64,000 nucleotides of DNA. It comes from Gemmatimonadota bacterium. GTDB lineage: Bacteria; Gemmatimonadota; Gemmatimonadetes; Gemmatimonadales; GWC2-71-9. The notes under the pieces were generated by a model. It ran no database searches. It saw nothing but the letters and a program-made list of their open reading frames with translations, and was not told the origin of the DNA. Every line of letters starts with the position of its first letter. The first letter of the stretch is position 1. Made by a program: the position numbers and the translations under genes. The DNA is taken from contig JBDHBX010000002.1 in NCBI GenBank assembly GCA_039592335.1, positions 6,901 to 70,900 on the forward strand, read 5' to 3'. This document shows, one piece after another, positions 7,875 to 17,220 of the stretch.

Positions 7875-9434
7875 ATGGTGGGACTCCCGAAAGCCGCCAC
7901 ACTCGTCTGGGCCCTGTTGCTGTTCGCAGCGGGGAGCGCGCTCGCACAGGAGTTCCGGGTGGACGAGACGACCATCCCGGAGATCCACCGGGCCATGCGA
8001 GAGCAGGGCCTCACCGCGCGCCTCCTGGTGGAGCACTACCTGGCGCGCATCGAGGCGTACGACAAGCGGGGCCCGGCGCTCAACACCGTCATCACCCTGA
8101 ACGGCCGGGCGCTGGAGCGCGCCGACTCGCTCGATGCGTACTTCCGCCGTACCGGTGACTTCGTGGGGCCGCTGCACGGCATTCCGGTCATCGTGAAGGA
8201 CAACTTCGATACCAACGACATGCCGACCACGGCCGGCTCGCTCTCCCTGCAGGGGTCGGTGCCCCCGGACGATGCCTTTCAGGTGCGCAAGCTGCGGGAA
8301 GCCGGGGCGATCGTGCTCGCCAAGTCGAACATGGCCGAGTTCGCGTTCTCGCCGTACGAGACGGTGGGATCCGCGCTGCCCGGCTACACGCGGAACCCCT
8401 ATGCGCTGAACCGGGTGACCGCCGGCTCCAGCGGAGGGACCGCCGGTGCGGTGGCGGCCAACCTCGGGGCGGTGGGGATGGGGACCGACACAGGGAACTC
8501 GATCCGCGGCCCGTCGTCGCACAACTGTCTCGTGGGGATTCGCTCGACCATGGGGCTCACGAGCCGGGACGGCATCGTGCCGCTGTACTTGGATCGCGAC
8601 ATCGGCGGGCCGATGACGCGCACCGTGGAAGACGCGGCCATCGTGTTCGACGTGATTGCGGGGCACGATCCCGCCGACCCCTGGTCCGAGCCCGGCCGCA
8701 GGGCCGAGCGGTACACCGACCATCTCGTGGCCGACGGACTGCGCGGCGCCCGCATCGGCGTGCTGCGGCAGCTGTCCAACACCGAGACGGCCGATCCCGA
8801 GGTGCTGCAGCGCTTCGAGGAGGCGCTGGTCGACCTGCGGGCGGTTGGGGCGGTCGTGATCGACTCGGTGGTTGTGCCCGAGCTAGACACGATTGAGGGC
8901 ACCATGTGGTGCCGCCGCTTCCGCCACGACATCGAAGCCTACCTCGCGAGCGTCGGGCCGGACGCCCCGGTGAAGACCCTCGATGAGATCATCGAGTCGA
9001 ACCGGTTCCACCCCCCCATCGAGCAGCGGCTGCGGTTCTTCCAGGGCTTCGACCAGCCGCCCGAGGAGGACGAAGGGTGCCGGGAGGCCGCGCGGAACAC
9101 GGCCGCGCTGCGTGTCGGGATGCGCCGTGTGCTCGAGGAGCATCACCTCGATGCCGTGGTCTATCCCTCGTGGAACAACCCGCCGCGACTGATCGGCGAT
9201 CTCACCACGCCGCACGGCAACAACAGCTTTAAGATCTCGCCGCCGACCGGGTTCCCCGCCATCACCGTGCCCATGGGGTTCGTGCGGGGCCACCTGCCGG
9301 TGGGTCTCCAGTTCCTCGGCGATGCCTGGTCGGAGCCGACACTGATCAGGCTGGCGTATTCGTACGAACAGGCGACGCGACACCGGCGCCCACCGGAAAC
9401 CACACCTCCCGTGGGCGCCATCGCGTTGCCCTGA
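7875..9434 (+). CDS. Amidase-signature family amidase, secreted
   Basis: 519 aa. Signal peptide MVGLPKAATLVWALLLFAAGSALAQ. Amidase signature GSSGGTAGAVAANLGAVGMGTDTGNSIRGP. GAGGAGGAGG RBS upstream. Confidence 0.9.
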   Translation: MVGLPKAATLVWALLLFAAGSALAQEFRVDETTIPEIHRAMREQGLTARLLVEHYLARIEAYDKRGPALNTVITLNGRALERADSLDAYFRRTGDFVGPLHGIPVIVKDNFDTNDMPTTAGSLSLQGSVPPDDAFQVRKLREAGAIVLAKSNMAEFAFSPYETVGSALPGYTRNPYALNRVTAGSSGGTAGAVAANLGAVGMGTDTGNSIRGPSSHNCLVGIRSTMGLTSRDGIVPLYLDRDIGGPMTRTVEDAAIVFDVIAGHDPADPWSEPGRRAERYTDHLVADGLRGARIGVLRQLSNTETADPEVLQRFEEALVDLRAVGAVVIDSVVVPELDTIEGTMWCRRFRHDIEAYLASVGPDAPVKTLDEIIESNRFHPPIEQRLRFFQGFDQPPEEDEGCREAARNTAALRVGMRRVLEEHHLDAVVYPSWNNPPRLIGDLTTPHGNNSFKISPPTGFPAITVPMGFVRGHLPVGLQFLGDAWSEPTLIRLAYSYEQATRHRRPPETTPPVGAIALP

Positions 9435-9513
9435 TGAGGCCACGGTGCGCAACGTGCGGAGGCGGCTGACGCGCAGGACCGACCGACTGAACCAGGAATC
9501 AAGAGGCATCGCC

Positions 9514-11025
9514 ATGATGTCACCAACACGACTCATCATTCCGGCCCTGCTCGTCACGCTGGCCGGTTGCACACAGGACACCGTCAGGATCGGGGTGGCC
9601 ACCTTCTCGCACGAGACCTGCACCTTCTGCCCGGTGCCGACGGGCGTCGCCGAGTGGGAGTATTACGGCCCACCGGTGGGCGGCGACGCGGTGCTCGAGC
9701 GCGGCGGCTACATCGGTGGATTCGTGAGCGGCGCGCGCGAGTACCGCGGCATCGAGCTGGTGGGCATCGTGTCGCCGCGCGGCGCCAAGGGCGGTTCGTC
9801 CGGCAGCTGGATCACCAAGGAAGCGTTCGACAAGTACAGCTACGGCATCGCGGAGGACCTGCGGCAGGCTGGAGAGCTGGACGGGGTCTTCCTGGCGCTG
9901 CATGGCGCGATGGCGGTGACCGACGTCTCCCGACCCGAGGCGGAGATCGTGCGTCGCGTGCGCGACGTGGTGGGTGACATTCCCATCTTCGTGACGCTCG
10001 ATCTCCATGCCAACGAGGACCACGAGCTGTCCGACGCCGCCGACGCCGTATTCATCGTGAAGCGCTACCCGCACTACGATGCGCGGCTCCAGGGCGAGCG
10101 GGCGGCCCGCATCATGTTGCGGACCATTCGCGGCACCTACACCCCGACGATGGCCACGCGCAAGCCCGGGGTCATCACACCCAGCGTGTTCCAGGGAACC
10201 GGTGAGTCGCCGGCGATGGACATCATGGAGCGGGCGCGCCGGTGGGAGAACCGGGTGCCCGACGTGTTCGTCTCGGTGGCGTTCGGGTTCGCGTACGCCG
10301 ACGTGCCCGAGGTGGGCGCCACGGTGATGGTCGTGGCGAACGACGACCAGGAGCTGGCCGACCGCGTCGCCGACGACATGTCGGACTACATCTGGCGGAT
10401 GCGCGAGGAGTTCGCGGGGAAGCGGCTTCCCAAGACCCGGGCGGGCGTCACGCAGGCGATCGCGGCGGCGATGGCGGGGCATACTCCGGTCGTGGTAGCC
10501 GACCACGCCGATCGCACCGGGAACTCGACCCACGTCCTGGAGGAGCTGATCCGGCAGCGGGCGCGGAACTTCTGCATCGCCACCATCGCCGACTCCCTCG
10601 CCATTCGGGAGATCGCGTCGCAGGCCGCGGTTGGTGAGGAGGTGAGCGTGTCAGTGGGCGGGTACGCCGACCGGTTCGCCGGCAACCCCGTGTCCATCGA
10701 CGGCGTGGTGGAGTACCTCGGTGTGTACGGTCGGTCGGACACCGTGGCCGTGCTGCGGTTCGGGAACAACAACCGGGTGATCCTCACGCCCCAGCTGCAT
10801 CAGGTGACGACCCCCGAGATCTTCGAGCGGTTGGGCATTGACCTTACCGAAGTGGACATCGCCGTGCTCAAGTCGCGGGTACACTTCCGCCGCGGTTTCG
10901 TCGAGACGGGATTGGCGGGAGCGGTCGTCATCGTGGACGCTCCTGGGCTCGGGCCCGCCGATTTGAGGACGATCGACTATCAGAACGTGCCGGAGGATCT
11001 CTACCCGATCTCCCGGCGTGACTGA
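9514..11025 (+). CDS. M81 family metallopeptidase (MlrC/microcystinase-C-like), lipoprotein
   Basis: Lipobox LLVTLAGC. RIGVATFSHETCTFCP and the later HANEDHE / FGFAYADVP regions are typical of MlrC N and C domains. Start moved to ATG 9514, which has AAGAGG upstream. Confidence 0.75.
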   Translation: MMSPTRLIIPALLVTLAGCTQDTVRIGVATFSHETCTFCPVPTGVAEWEYYGPPVGGDAVLERGGYIGGFVSGAREYRGIELVGIVSPRGAKGGSSGSWITKEAFDKYSYGIAEDLRQAGELDGVFLALHGAMAVTDVSRPEAEIVRRVRDVVGDIPIFVTLDLHANEDHELSDAADAVFIVKRYPHYDARLQGERAARIMLRTIRGTYTPTMATRKPGVITPSVFQGTGESPAMDIMERARRWENRVPDVFVSVAFGFAYADVPEVGATVMVVANDDQELADRVADDMSDYIWRMREEFAGKRLPKTRAGVTQAIAAAMAGHTPVVVADHADRTGNSTHVLEELIRQRARNFCIATIADSLAIREIASQAAVGEEVSVSVGGYADRFAGNPVSIDGVVEYLGVYGRSDTVAVLRFGNNNRVILTPQLHQVTTPEIFERLGIDLTEVDIAVLKSRVHFRRGFVETGLAGAVVIVDAPGLGPADLRTIDYQNVPEDLYPISRRD

Positions 11026-11792
11026 TGGACCCGACCGAGCGATTCACGCAACGGGTCGAGGAGTACGCGCGGTGTCGGCCGGGGTATCCTGGCGCGCTGT
11101 TGGAGTTGTTACGGGGCGAGCTGGGCCTGGCCCCGGAGCACGTCGTGGCGGATCTCGGCTCGGGGACGGGAATCCTGACACGGCTCTTCCTGGAGCACGG
11201 CAACACGGTGTACGGGGTCGAGCCGAACGCCGCGATGCGGCGGGCCGCCGAGGTCGAGCTGGCGGGATTCGGCGACTTCCACAGCGTGGCGGGCCGGGCC
11301 GAGGAGACCCAGCTGGAGGACGACGCGGCGGATCTGGTGGTGGCCGGACAGGCGTTTCACTGGTTCGACGTCGTGGCAGCACGTCGGGAGGTCCGGCGCA
11401 TTCTGAGGCCCTCGGGATGGGTCGTCCTGGTGTGGAATCACCGCCGCACGGTCGGCACCCTGTTCCTCGAATCCTACGAGATCTTCCTCGAGCGATGGTG
11501 TCCCGAGTACGGCGACGTGCGGGCGCGGTACGAAAACGAAGCGGAGCTGCGTACCTTCTTCGCGCCACATGGATATCAGGTGCGCACTCTCCACAATTCC
11601 CAGGAGTTCGACCGCGAGGGGCTCCGCGGGCGATTGCTCTCCAGCTCCTATGCGCAGGGGCCGGAGAGCGCGCAGCACGCGCCGATGCTCGCGGCGCTCG
11701 ACGACCTGTTTCTCGAGCACGCCGCGGGCGGGCGGGTGCGATTCGAGTATGACACGACGGTCTACTACGGCTCGGCCCGGGAAGGGAGGTAG
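11025..11792 (+). CDS. Class I SAM-dependent methyltransferase
   Basis: 255 aa. Motif I is VADLGSGTGILT, and DLVVAGQAFHWF is also present. TGATG 1-nt overlap with the upstream gene. Confidence 0.85.
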   Translation: MDPTERFTQRVEEYARCRPGYPGALLELLRGELGLAPEHVVADLGSGTGILTRLFLEHGNTVYGVEPNAAMRRAAEVELAGFGDFHSVAGRAEETQLEDDAADLVVAGQAFHWFDVVAARREVRRILRPSGWVVLVWNHRRTVGTLFLESYEIFLERWCPEYGDVRARYENEAELRTFFAPHGYQVRTLHNSQEFDREGLRGRLLSSSYAQGPESAQHAPMLAALDDLFLEHAAGGRVRFEYDTTVYYGSAREGR

Positions 11793-11798
11793 TGCCAC

Positions 11799-12467
11799 AT
11801 GGAGCGAGCGGCGCAACTCGTAGCAGAGATCCGTGCCGAGCTGAGGTCTCTGGACCGGGAGATTCGGGAGCACCCGTACCCGGCGGCGCTGGGGACCGGC
11901 GATGTTGGAGCCGAAGCGCTTCGACCGTTCGTAGGGCACCAATACCACATCGTGCAGAGCGATCTGCGGTCAATGGCCACGCTGGTGCAGCGGTTCGGCC
12001 ACACGTCGGCTCGCGACTTCTTCGCGGGAGTTCTCCAGGGCGAGATCGCCGGGCTCGGTGGCTTGCTCGCTATGGCACGGAAGATCGGCATGGACGAAGC
12101 AGCGTTGGTGGACTACGAGGTCGCCGCCGAAGGGTTCGCGTATGCCACGTTCATGGCGTGGCAGTCCACCTACGCTTCGGCCGCGGAGTTCACCTGCGGG
12201 ATCCTGGTGAACTTCGAGGCGTGGGGGTACAACTGCGGCCGCATGAGCAACGCCCTGCAAGCGCGTCACGGGTTCGCAGCGGCGGAGTTGGGCTTCCTGG
12301 AGGCGTTCGCCAAGATGCCGTCGTTCGAGGAGCCGGCACTCGCGATCATTCAGGAGGGCCTGGATCATGGCGTCCCTGAGCGCGCAGTTCGCCGCGCCGC
12401 GCGGCTGTTCCAGGGGTTCGAGAAGATGTTCTGGGACACCATGGAGCGTCTTTCGGGGGGGCGGTAA
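11799..12467 (+). CDS. TenA/heme-oxygenase-like fold protein
   Basis: 222 aa all-helical protein. HPYPAALGTGDVGAEALRPFVGHQYHIVQSDLR resembles the TenA/PqqC-type N-terminus. Family assignment is tentative. Confidence 0.5.
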   Translation: MERAAQLVAEIRAELRSLDREIREHPYPAALGTGDVGAEALRPFVGHQYHIVQSDLRSMATLVQRFGHTSARDFFAGVLQGEIAGLGGLLAMARKIGMDEAALVDYEVAAEGFAYATFMAWQSTYASAAEFTCGILVNFEAWGYNCGRMSNALQARHGFAAAELGFLEAFAKMPSFEEPALAIIQEGLDHGVPERAVRRAARLFQGFEKMFWDTMERLSGGR

Positions 12468-13243
12468 TGACCGACACCATCTTCATGACGCACGGGATGT
12501 GGGGCGGCGGGTGGTACTGGGCGAAGTTCAAGTCTTTCTTCGAGGCACGTGGGTACCGCTGCGTCGCGACCACCCTGCGCTACCACGATGTCGATCCCGC
12601 GGCCGAGCCCGACCCTCGTCTCGGCACGACGAGCCTGCTCGACTACGTGCGGGACCTGGAAGAGGAGGTAGTGAGCCTCGGCACCGATCCCATTCTCATG
12701 GGGCATTCGATGGGCGGTCTGCTCAGCGCCATTCTGGCGAGCCGCGGGCACGGCAAGGCGCTCGTGCAGCTCAACCCTGCCCCGCCGCGCGGCGTGTTCG
12801 CGCTGCGCCCCTCGGTGATCCGAGCGTTCTGGAGCGCGCTCACCACGTGGGGATTCTGGCGCAAGCCCTTCCGGCAGACCTTCGCCGAGGCCGTCGACTC
12901 GATGTTGCAGATGCTCCCGCCCGACCAGCAGTGGGACGCCTATGCTCGATTCGTCCACGAGTCGGGGCGCGCGGCGAGCGAGGCCGGATTCTGGTTGTTC
13001 GATCGCGGGCGGGCGTCCGAAGTCCGGGAAGAGAACGTCCGGTGTCCGGTCTTGATCGTCGCGGGGGTGGAGGATCGCATCACCCCGACGGCGGTAACGC
13101 GACAGATCGCCGCTCGGTATGGCCCCCATGCCACGTATCGGGAATTCCCCGATCACGCACACTGGACTGTGGGAGAACCGGAGTGGGAAGATGTCGCGAC
13201 GTATGTTGCGGAGTGGTTGCGCGACGCCCTCGCACTGGGTTGA
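12467..13243 (+). CDS. Alpha/beta hydrolase
   Basis: 258 aa. Nucleophile elbow GHSMGG, with C-terminal D/H residues (GVEDRITP...PDHAHW). TAATG overlap with the upstream gene. Confidence 0.85.
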   Translation: MTDTIFMTHGMWGGGWYWAKFKSFFEARGYRCVATTLRYHDVDPAAEPDPRLGTTSLLDYVRDLEEEVVSLGTDPILMGHSMGGLLSAILASRGHGKALVQLNPAPPRGVFALRPSVIRAFWSALTTWGFWRKPFRQTFAEAVDSMLQMLPPDQQWDAYARFVHESGRAASEAGFWLFDRGRASEVREENVRCPVLIVAGVEDRITPTAVTRQIAARYGPHATYREFPDHAHWTVGEPEWEDVATYVAEWLRDALALG

Positions 13244-13317
13244 CGCGACTCACCGTCGTCGGCACACTAGGGCGACGCGACACGTAACGGGACCCTGGCT
13301 CCCTGACTGAGAGTACC

Positions 13318-14934
13318 GTGAGCACGACTGCAGCGTTCACCAACATCGTCGATTCCTACCTCGACCTGCGCTGGAATCTGGATCCGGTGGCAGCGACTGC
13401 CGCCGGGGTGGTCGAACACGACCATCGACTGGGGACCCACGGCGAGGACGATGTCCGTCAGTACGTGGCGGCGCTGAAGTCCGAGACCGACGCCATGGAG
13501 GATGTGGAGCCCGACAGCTTGCAGGGGGAGATTGACCGGACGGCGCTGCTCGATGACGCCCGGGTCATGATCCATCGACTCGACAAGGAGCAGCCGCACG
13601 TGCGTAATCCCAACTTCTGGGTCTCGCACGTGCTGGAGGGGCTGTACCAGCTGCTGGTGCTACAGGATCGCTCGTGGGAGCACCGCGCCCGTGCGGCGGC
13701 CGCGCGGATCCGTGCGGTACCCGGCTACCTGGAGCAGGCAAGGGCGACGCTGCGTGACTGTCCATCGGTGTTCGTGGAGACCGGCCTCGACGTGGTCGCC
13801 CAGGGCGGAGCGCTCATCGGCGAGGTGCGCCGCCACCTCGAGCCTCCCGACGACGAGGCATTCTCGCAGGCGTGCGACGAGGCCGCGACGGCGCTGCGCG
13901 AGTTCGGACAGCACCTGCAGGACGAGTTGTTGAACGAGGCGAATGGCGACTTCGCGATCGGCGAGCACGCGTTCAACTTCCGTCTCCACTACCAGCATGC
14001 CCTGCGCAACACCGCGCCCGAGTTGTGGCGCTACGGTCTCGCCCTGGTGGAGCAGGTCGAGGCGGAGCTTGCCCAGGCTGCCGAGGCGATCGAGCCCGGG
14101 GTCCCGTGGCAGGATGTCGCGGACCATCTGCGCACCGAACACCCGTCGAGCGGAGAGTTGGTGGGCGCCTACGCGGCACAGATGGAGCGTGCCAGACGCT
14201 TCGCGGAGGAGCGCGGGCTCGTGTCGCTGCCGGAGGGAGCGCTCGAGGTCGTCGCCACGCCGGCCTTCCTGCGCCCGCTCATCCCGTTCGCCGCCTATCA
14301 TCCGCCGGGGGCGTTTTCGCCCGACCGAACGGGCTGGTTCTACGTGACCCCGCCGGAGCCTGGAATGGGGCCGGAGGCGGAACGGAGCATGCTGCGCGAT
14401 CACTGCGTATACAACCTGGCGTCCACCGCGCTGCACGAGGGATACCCCGGCCATCACCTGCAATTCCTCTTCGCGCAGGCGCAGGAGCGCACGGTGCGCA
14501 AGGTGGTGGATACCCCGCTCACGATCGAGGGCTGGGCCCTGTACTGCGAGGAGATGATGGCCGAGGAAGGCTTCTTCTCCGGCCCGGAGGAGTTGCTCTT
14601 CCAGAAGATCGCGCTGCTATTCCGCGCCTTACGCATCGTGCTCGACGTGGGCCTCCACACTCGCGGCATGAGCTTCGACGAGGCCGTGGCCCAGCTGATG
14701 GAGAAGATCCAGGTGGATCACTCGCACGCGGAGGCCGAGGTGCGGCGCTACTGTGCCGAACCGGCGTATCAGCTCTGCTATGCCGTGGGGCGGCGGGAGC
14801 TCCGGTCGCTGCGCGAGGCCTATCGCGCGGCACAGGGCGCCGACTACTCGCTGCGCGGCTTTCACGATGCCGTGCTGAGCTACGGCGGTCTCCCCGTGAG
14901 TCTCATGCGGTGGGGCATGGGGCTCGATGAGTAG
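13318..14934 (+). CDS. DUF885 family protein (putative metallopeptidase-like)
   Basis: 538 aa. The HEGYPGHHLQF motif and overall length are typical of DUF885. GTG start. Confidence 0.75.
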   Translation: MSTTAAFTNIVDSYLDLRWNLDPVAATAAGVVEHDHRLGTHGEDDVRQYVAALKSETDAMEDVEPDSLQGEIDRTALLDDARVMIHRLDKEQPHVRNPNFWVSHVLEGLYQLLVLQDRSWEHRARAAAARIRAVPGYLEQARATLRDCPSVFVETGLDVVAQGGALIGEVRRHLEPPDDEAFSQACDEAATALREFGQHLQDELLNEANGDFAIGEHAFNFRLHYQHALRNTAPELWRYGLALVEQVEAELAQAAEAIEPGVPWQDVADHLRTEHPSSGELVGAYAAQMERARRFAEERGLVSLPEGALEVVATPAFLRPLIPFAAYHPPGAFSPDRTGWFYVTPPEPGMGPEAERSMLRDHCVYNLASTALHEGYPGHHLQFLFAQAQERTVRKVVDTPLTIEGWALYCEEMMAEEGFFSGPEELLFQKIALLFRALRIVLDVGLHTRGMSFDEAVAQLMEKIQVDHSHAEAEVRRYCAEPAYQLCYAVGRRELRSLREAYRAAQGADYSLRGFHDAVLSYGGLPVSLMRWGMGLDE

Positions 14935-14952
14935 GGAGCGCGCCTCTCGCAC

Positions 14953-15228
14953 ATGAGGTGGTGGAGTGGCCTGCGGCGCCGGCTGCGTGTCGCCCGCGAG
15001 ATCTACGAGGGGATGTTCGTCGCTCCGTATCGCTCGCAGATCTACCGCGAATATCTCGAGCAACGGGACCTCTTCCTGCTGGCCGGGTTCTCGGACCTGC
15101 TCGGTGCGCCGAACCCCGTGGCGTTCTACACGCTGGAACTCTATCCCGAGCTCATCGAGCAGTTCCACCGGTGGCATCTGCGCATGGGGATGGAGCACTC
15201 CCCCCAGGGGGGCTTCCGGTGCTGCTAG
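14953..15228 (+). CDS. Small conserved protein ending Cys-Cys-stop (resembles the family I recall PGAP naming cory-CC-star protein)
   Basis: 91 aa with coding-like GC3. The C-terminus is ...HSPQGGFRCC followed by TAG. Its last 10 nt overlap the GTG start of the ArsA-like ATPase. Confidence 0.65.
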   Translation: MRWWSGLRRRLRVAREIYEGMFVAPYRSQIYREYLEQRDLFLLAGFSDLLGAPNPVAFYTLELYPELIEQFHRWHLRMGMEHSPQGGFRCC

Positions 15229-16187
15229 CGCGGGAGGTGCTGTTCTTCGGCGGCAAGGGAGGCGTAGGCAAGACCACTCTGGCCTCGGCGTTTGCGCTGC
15301 TAGCCGCCGAGAGAGGGCAACGCACGCTGCTGGTGTCTACCGACCCGGCGCACTCCACCGGTGACATCCTCGAGCTGGCCGTGGGTCCCGAGCCACGTGA
15401 GGTCCTGTCCAGGCTCTGGGCCATGGAGATCGATCCGGTCCAGGAGGCGGATCGCTACATCGCCGACGTGAAGGCCCGCATCGCCGACACCACACCACCC
15501 AGGTTGATGGCCGAGGTCGAGCGTCAGATCGACATCGCCCGCGTGTCGCCGGGCGCTGAGGAGGCCGCGCTGTTCGATCGGTTCACCCGGATCATGGAGG
15601 AGGCGGGCGACCGGTACGATCGCCTCATCTTCGACACGGCACCGCTGGGGCACACGTTGCGGCTGCTGTCGTTGCCGGAGCAGATGGCGACCTGGATCAG
15701 CGGGTTGATCGGCCGCCGCAAGAAGGTGAACGCGCTCGGGCGCATGTGGCGGCGCGTCGCGGGCGCGGCGGCCGGTGACGGGGCGCCGCCGCACGACCGG
15801 GTGCTTGCGGCGCTCGAGCAGCGCAAGGCGCGCTTCGAGCGCGCGCGTGCGGTGCTCACCGACGCGCGGCGCAGCGCGTTCGTGCTCGTGGCAACGCCGG
15901 AGCGGCTCCCGCTTCTGGAGGCGGAGAAGGCCGTGGGCACGCTGGATCGCTACGGAATCCCGGTAGGAGCGGTATTCCTGAACCGGGTGCTCCCCGATGA
16001 TGTGACGGGGGAGTTTCTCGAGCGGCGGCGGGAGCGCGAGTCGCGGTATCTTGATCAGGCGGCTGCGACGTTCAGCGGTCACACCGTGCACCACGTACCC
16101 CTGCAGGAGACCGACGTGCACGGCCTCGCGGCGCTACGACGTATCGTTGCGTGCCTTCACGAGTCGGAGCGCGCCTCTCTCAGCTGA
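15219..16187 (+). CDS. ArsA/Get3 family ATPase (single-domain)
   Basis: FFGGKGGVGKTTLASA is a deviant Walker A. STDPAHS and FDTAPLGHTLRLL motifs are present. I chose the in-frame GTG at 15219. The track ORF from 14958 runs through the upstream small gene in another frame. Confidence 0.85.
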   Translation: MLLAREVLFFGGKGGVGKTTLASAFALLAAERGQRTLLVSTDPAHSTGDILELAVGPEPREVLSRLWAMEIDPVQEADRYIADVKARIADTTPPRLMAEVERQIDIARVSPGAEEAALFDRFTRIMEEAGDRYDRLIFDTAPLGHTLRLLSLPEQMATWISGLIGRRKKVNALGRMWRRVAGAAAGDGAPPHDRVLAALEQRKARFERARAVLTDARRSAFVLVATPERLPLLEAEKAVGTLDRYGIPVGAVFLNRVLPDDVTGEFLERRRERESRYLDQAAATFSGHTVHHVPLQETDVHGLAALRRIVACLHESERASLS

Positions 16188-17082
16188 CGAGCGCTTCCTC
16201 CTCCGTGAATACCGTGTCGATGACCAGCGAGTCCTCGACCGACTGGATCGCGTCCCGCACGCGGTGGCGGATGTCGTCCAGCTCGCGCACCCGGCTCACC
16301 CGGAAGTCACCCGTCACCAGGATGTGGTTCAACACGTAGAAGTAGCGCCCGACTCGCTGCATGCGGAGCGATGTCTTGGGGAACTGGTAGGGCGCCACCG
16401 CGCCGTCGAACGCCTCGCGCACCCGCTGCTGCACCGAGGGGTCGGGCGCCGCGCTGACCAGCTGCCCGACGCTCTGCACGACGATGCGGATCGGGATCGG
16501 GATCGCCACGACGACCAGGGCGAGCACCAGCGCCGGATCGACATAGGGAATGAGCCCCGACCAGCGCGTGTTCTGGAACAGGAACGCCACCAGGAACGCG
16601 ACGCCGACCACGCCGCTCACCGCGGCGTTGAGACCCCAGCCGCGCGCGTCCACCTCCACCAGGGGGGAATGCACCCGCTTGGCGACCCGCACCTGGACGA
16701 GCGCGACCATCACGCACACGGCCGTGGCGACCACGGCGTATCCGACTGCGGGTCCCAACACCAGGTCGCGGCCGCCGTGCAGCAGGGCGTCCACCGCCGA
16801 GGCCCCGGCGAAGGCGGCTACCGCCACGGTGACGAGTCCCTTGATCGTGTTGAGAAACGGCTCGAAGAACGCGTAGCCGAAGTGGAACCGTTCGTCGTCC
16901 GGCTGCTGCAGCAAGCCAGCGACCTTGAGCGACAGCAGGCCCATCGCGAACGAGATGAGGTTGAAGAAGCCGTCCAGCAGGATGGCTCCCGAGGCCGTGA
17001 GCCACGCGAACCCGATGCCGAGCGCGGCCAGGAACAGGGCGCCGATCGCCGACAAGCGCAGCGCGCGAGTTTCTACACTCAT
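16180..17082 (-). CDS. Cation diffusion facilitator family transporter
   Basis: 300 aa with six hydrophobic segments. LLDGFFNLISF and FHFGYAFFEP motifs, plus a C-terminal cytoplasmic domain. The 3' end overlaps the ArsA-like gene convergently by 8 nt. Confidence 0.8.
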   Translation of the reverse strand: MSVETRALRLSAIGALFLAALGIGFAWLTASGAILLDGFFNLISFAMGLLSLKVAGLLQQPDDERFHFGYAFFEPFLNTIKGLVTVAVAAFAGASAVDALLHGGRDLVLGPAVGYAVVATAVCVMVALVQVRVAKRVHSPLVEVDARGWGLNAAVSGVVGVAFLVAFLFQNTRWSGLIPYVDPALVLALVVVAIPIPIRIVVQSVGQLVSAAPDPSVQQRVREAFDGAVAPYQFPKTSLRMQRVGRYFYVLNHILVTGDFRVSRVRELDDIRHRVRDAIQSVEDSLVIDTVFTEEEALVS

Positions 17083-17220
17083 GGGATCTCTTCCGGGCGT
17101 ATGCGGTGCCTATTACTCGCATCTCCGCTCGCTCCGGGCAAGCAGGGAGCCGGTCGGGGACGCTCGCCCCCCTCGGTCGTCCTCCCTACATTACGCGCGT
17201 GACGCCATAGGAGGTCTCGG

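Noticed and set aside
16180-16187. 8-nt convergent overlap of the ArsA-like and CDF gene 3' ends.
   Set aside because: This is a common result of compact convergent genes. There is no evidence of a functional antisense interaction.
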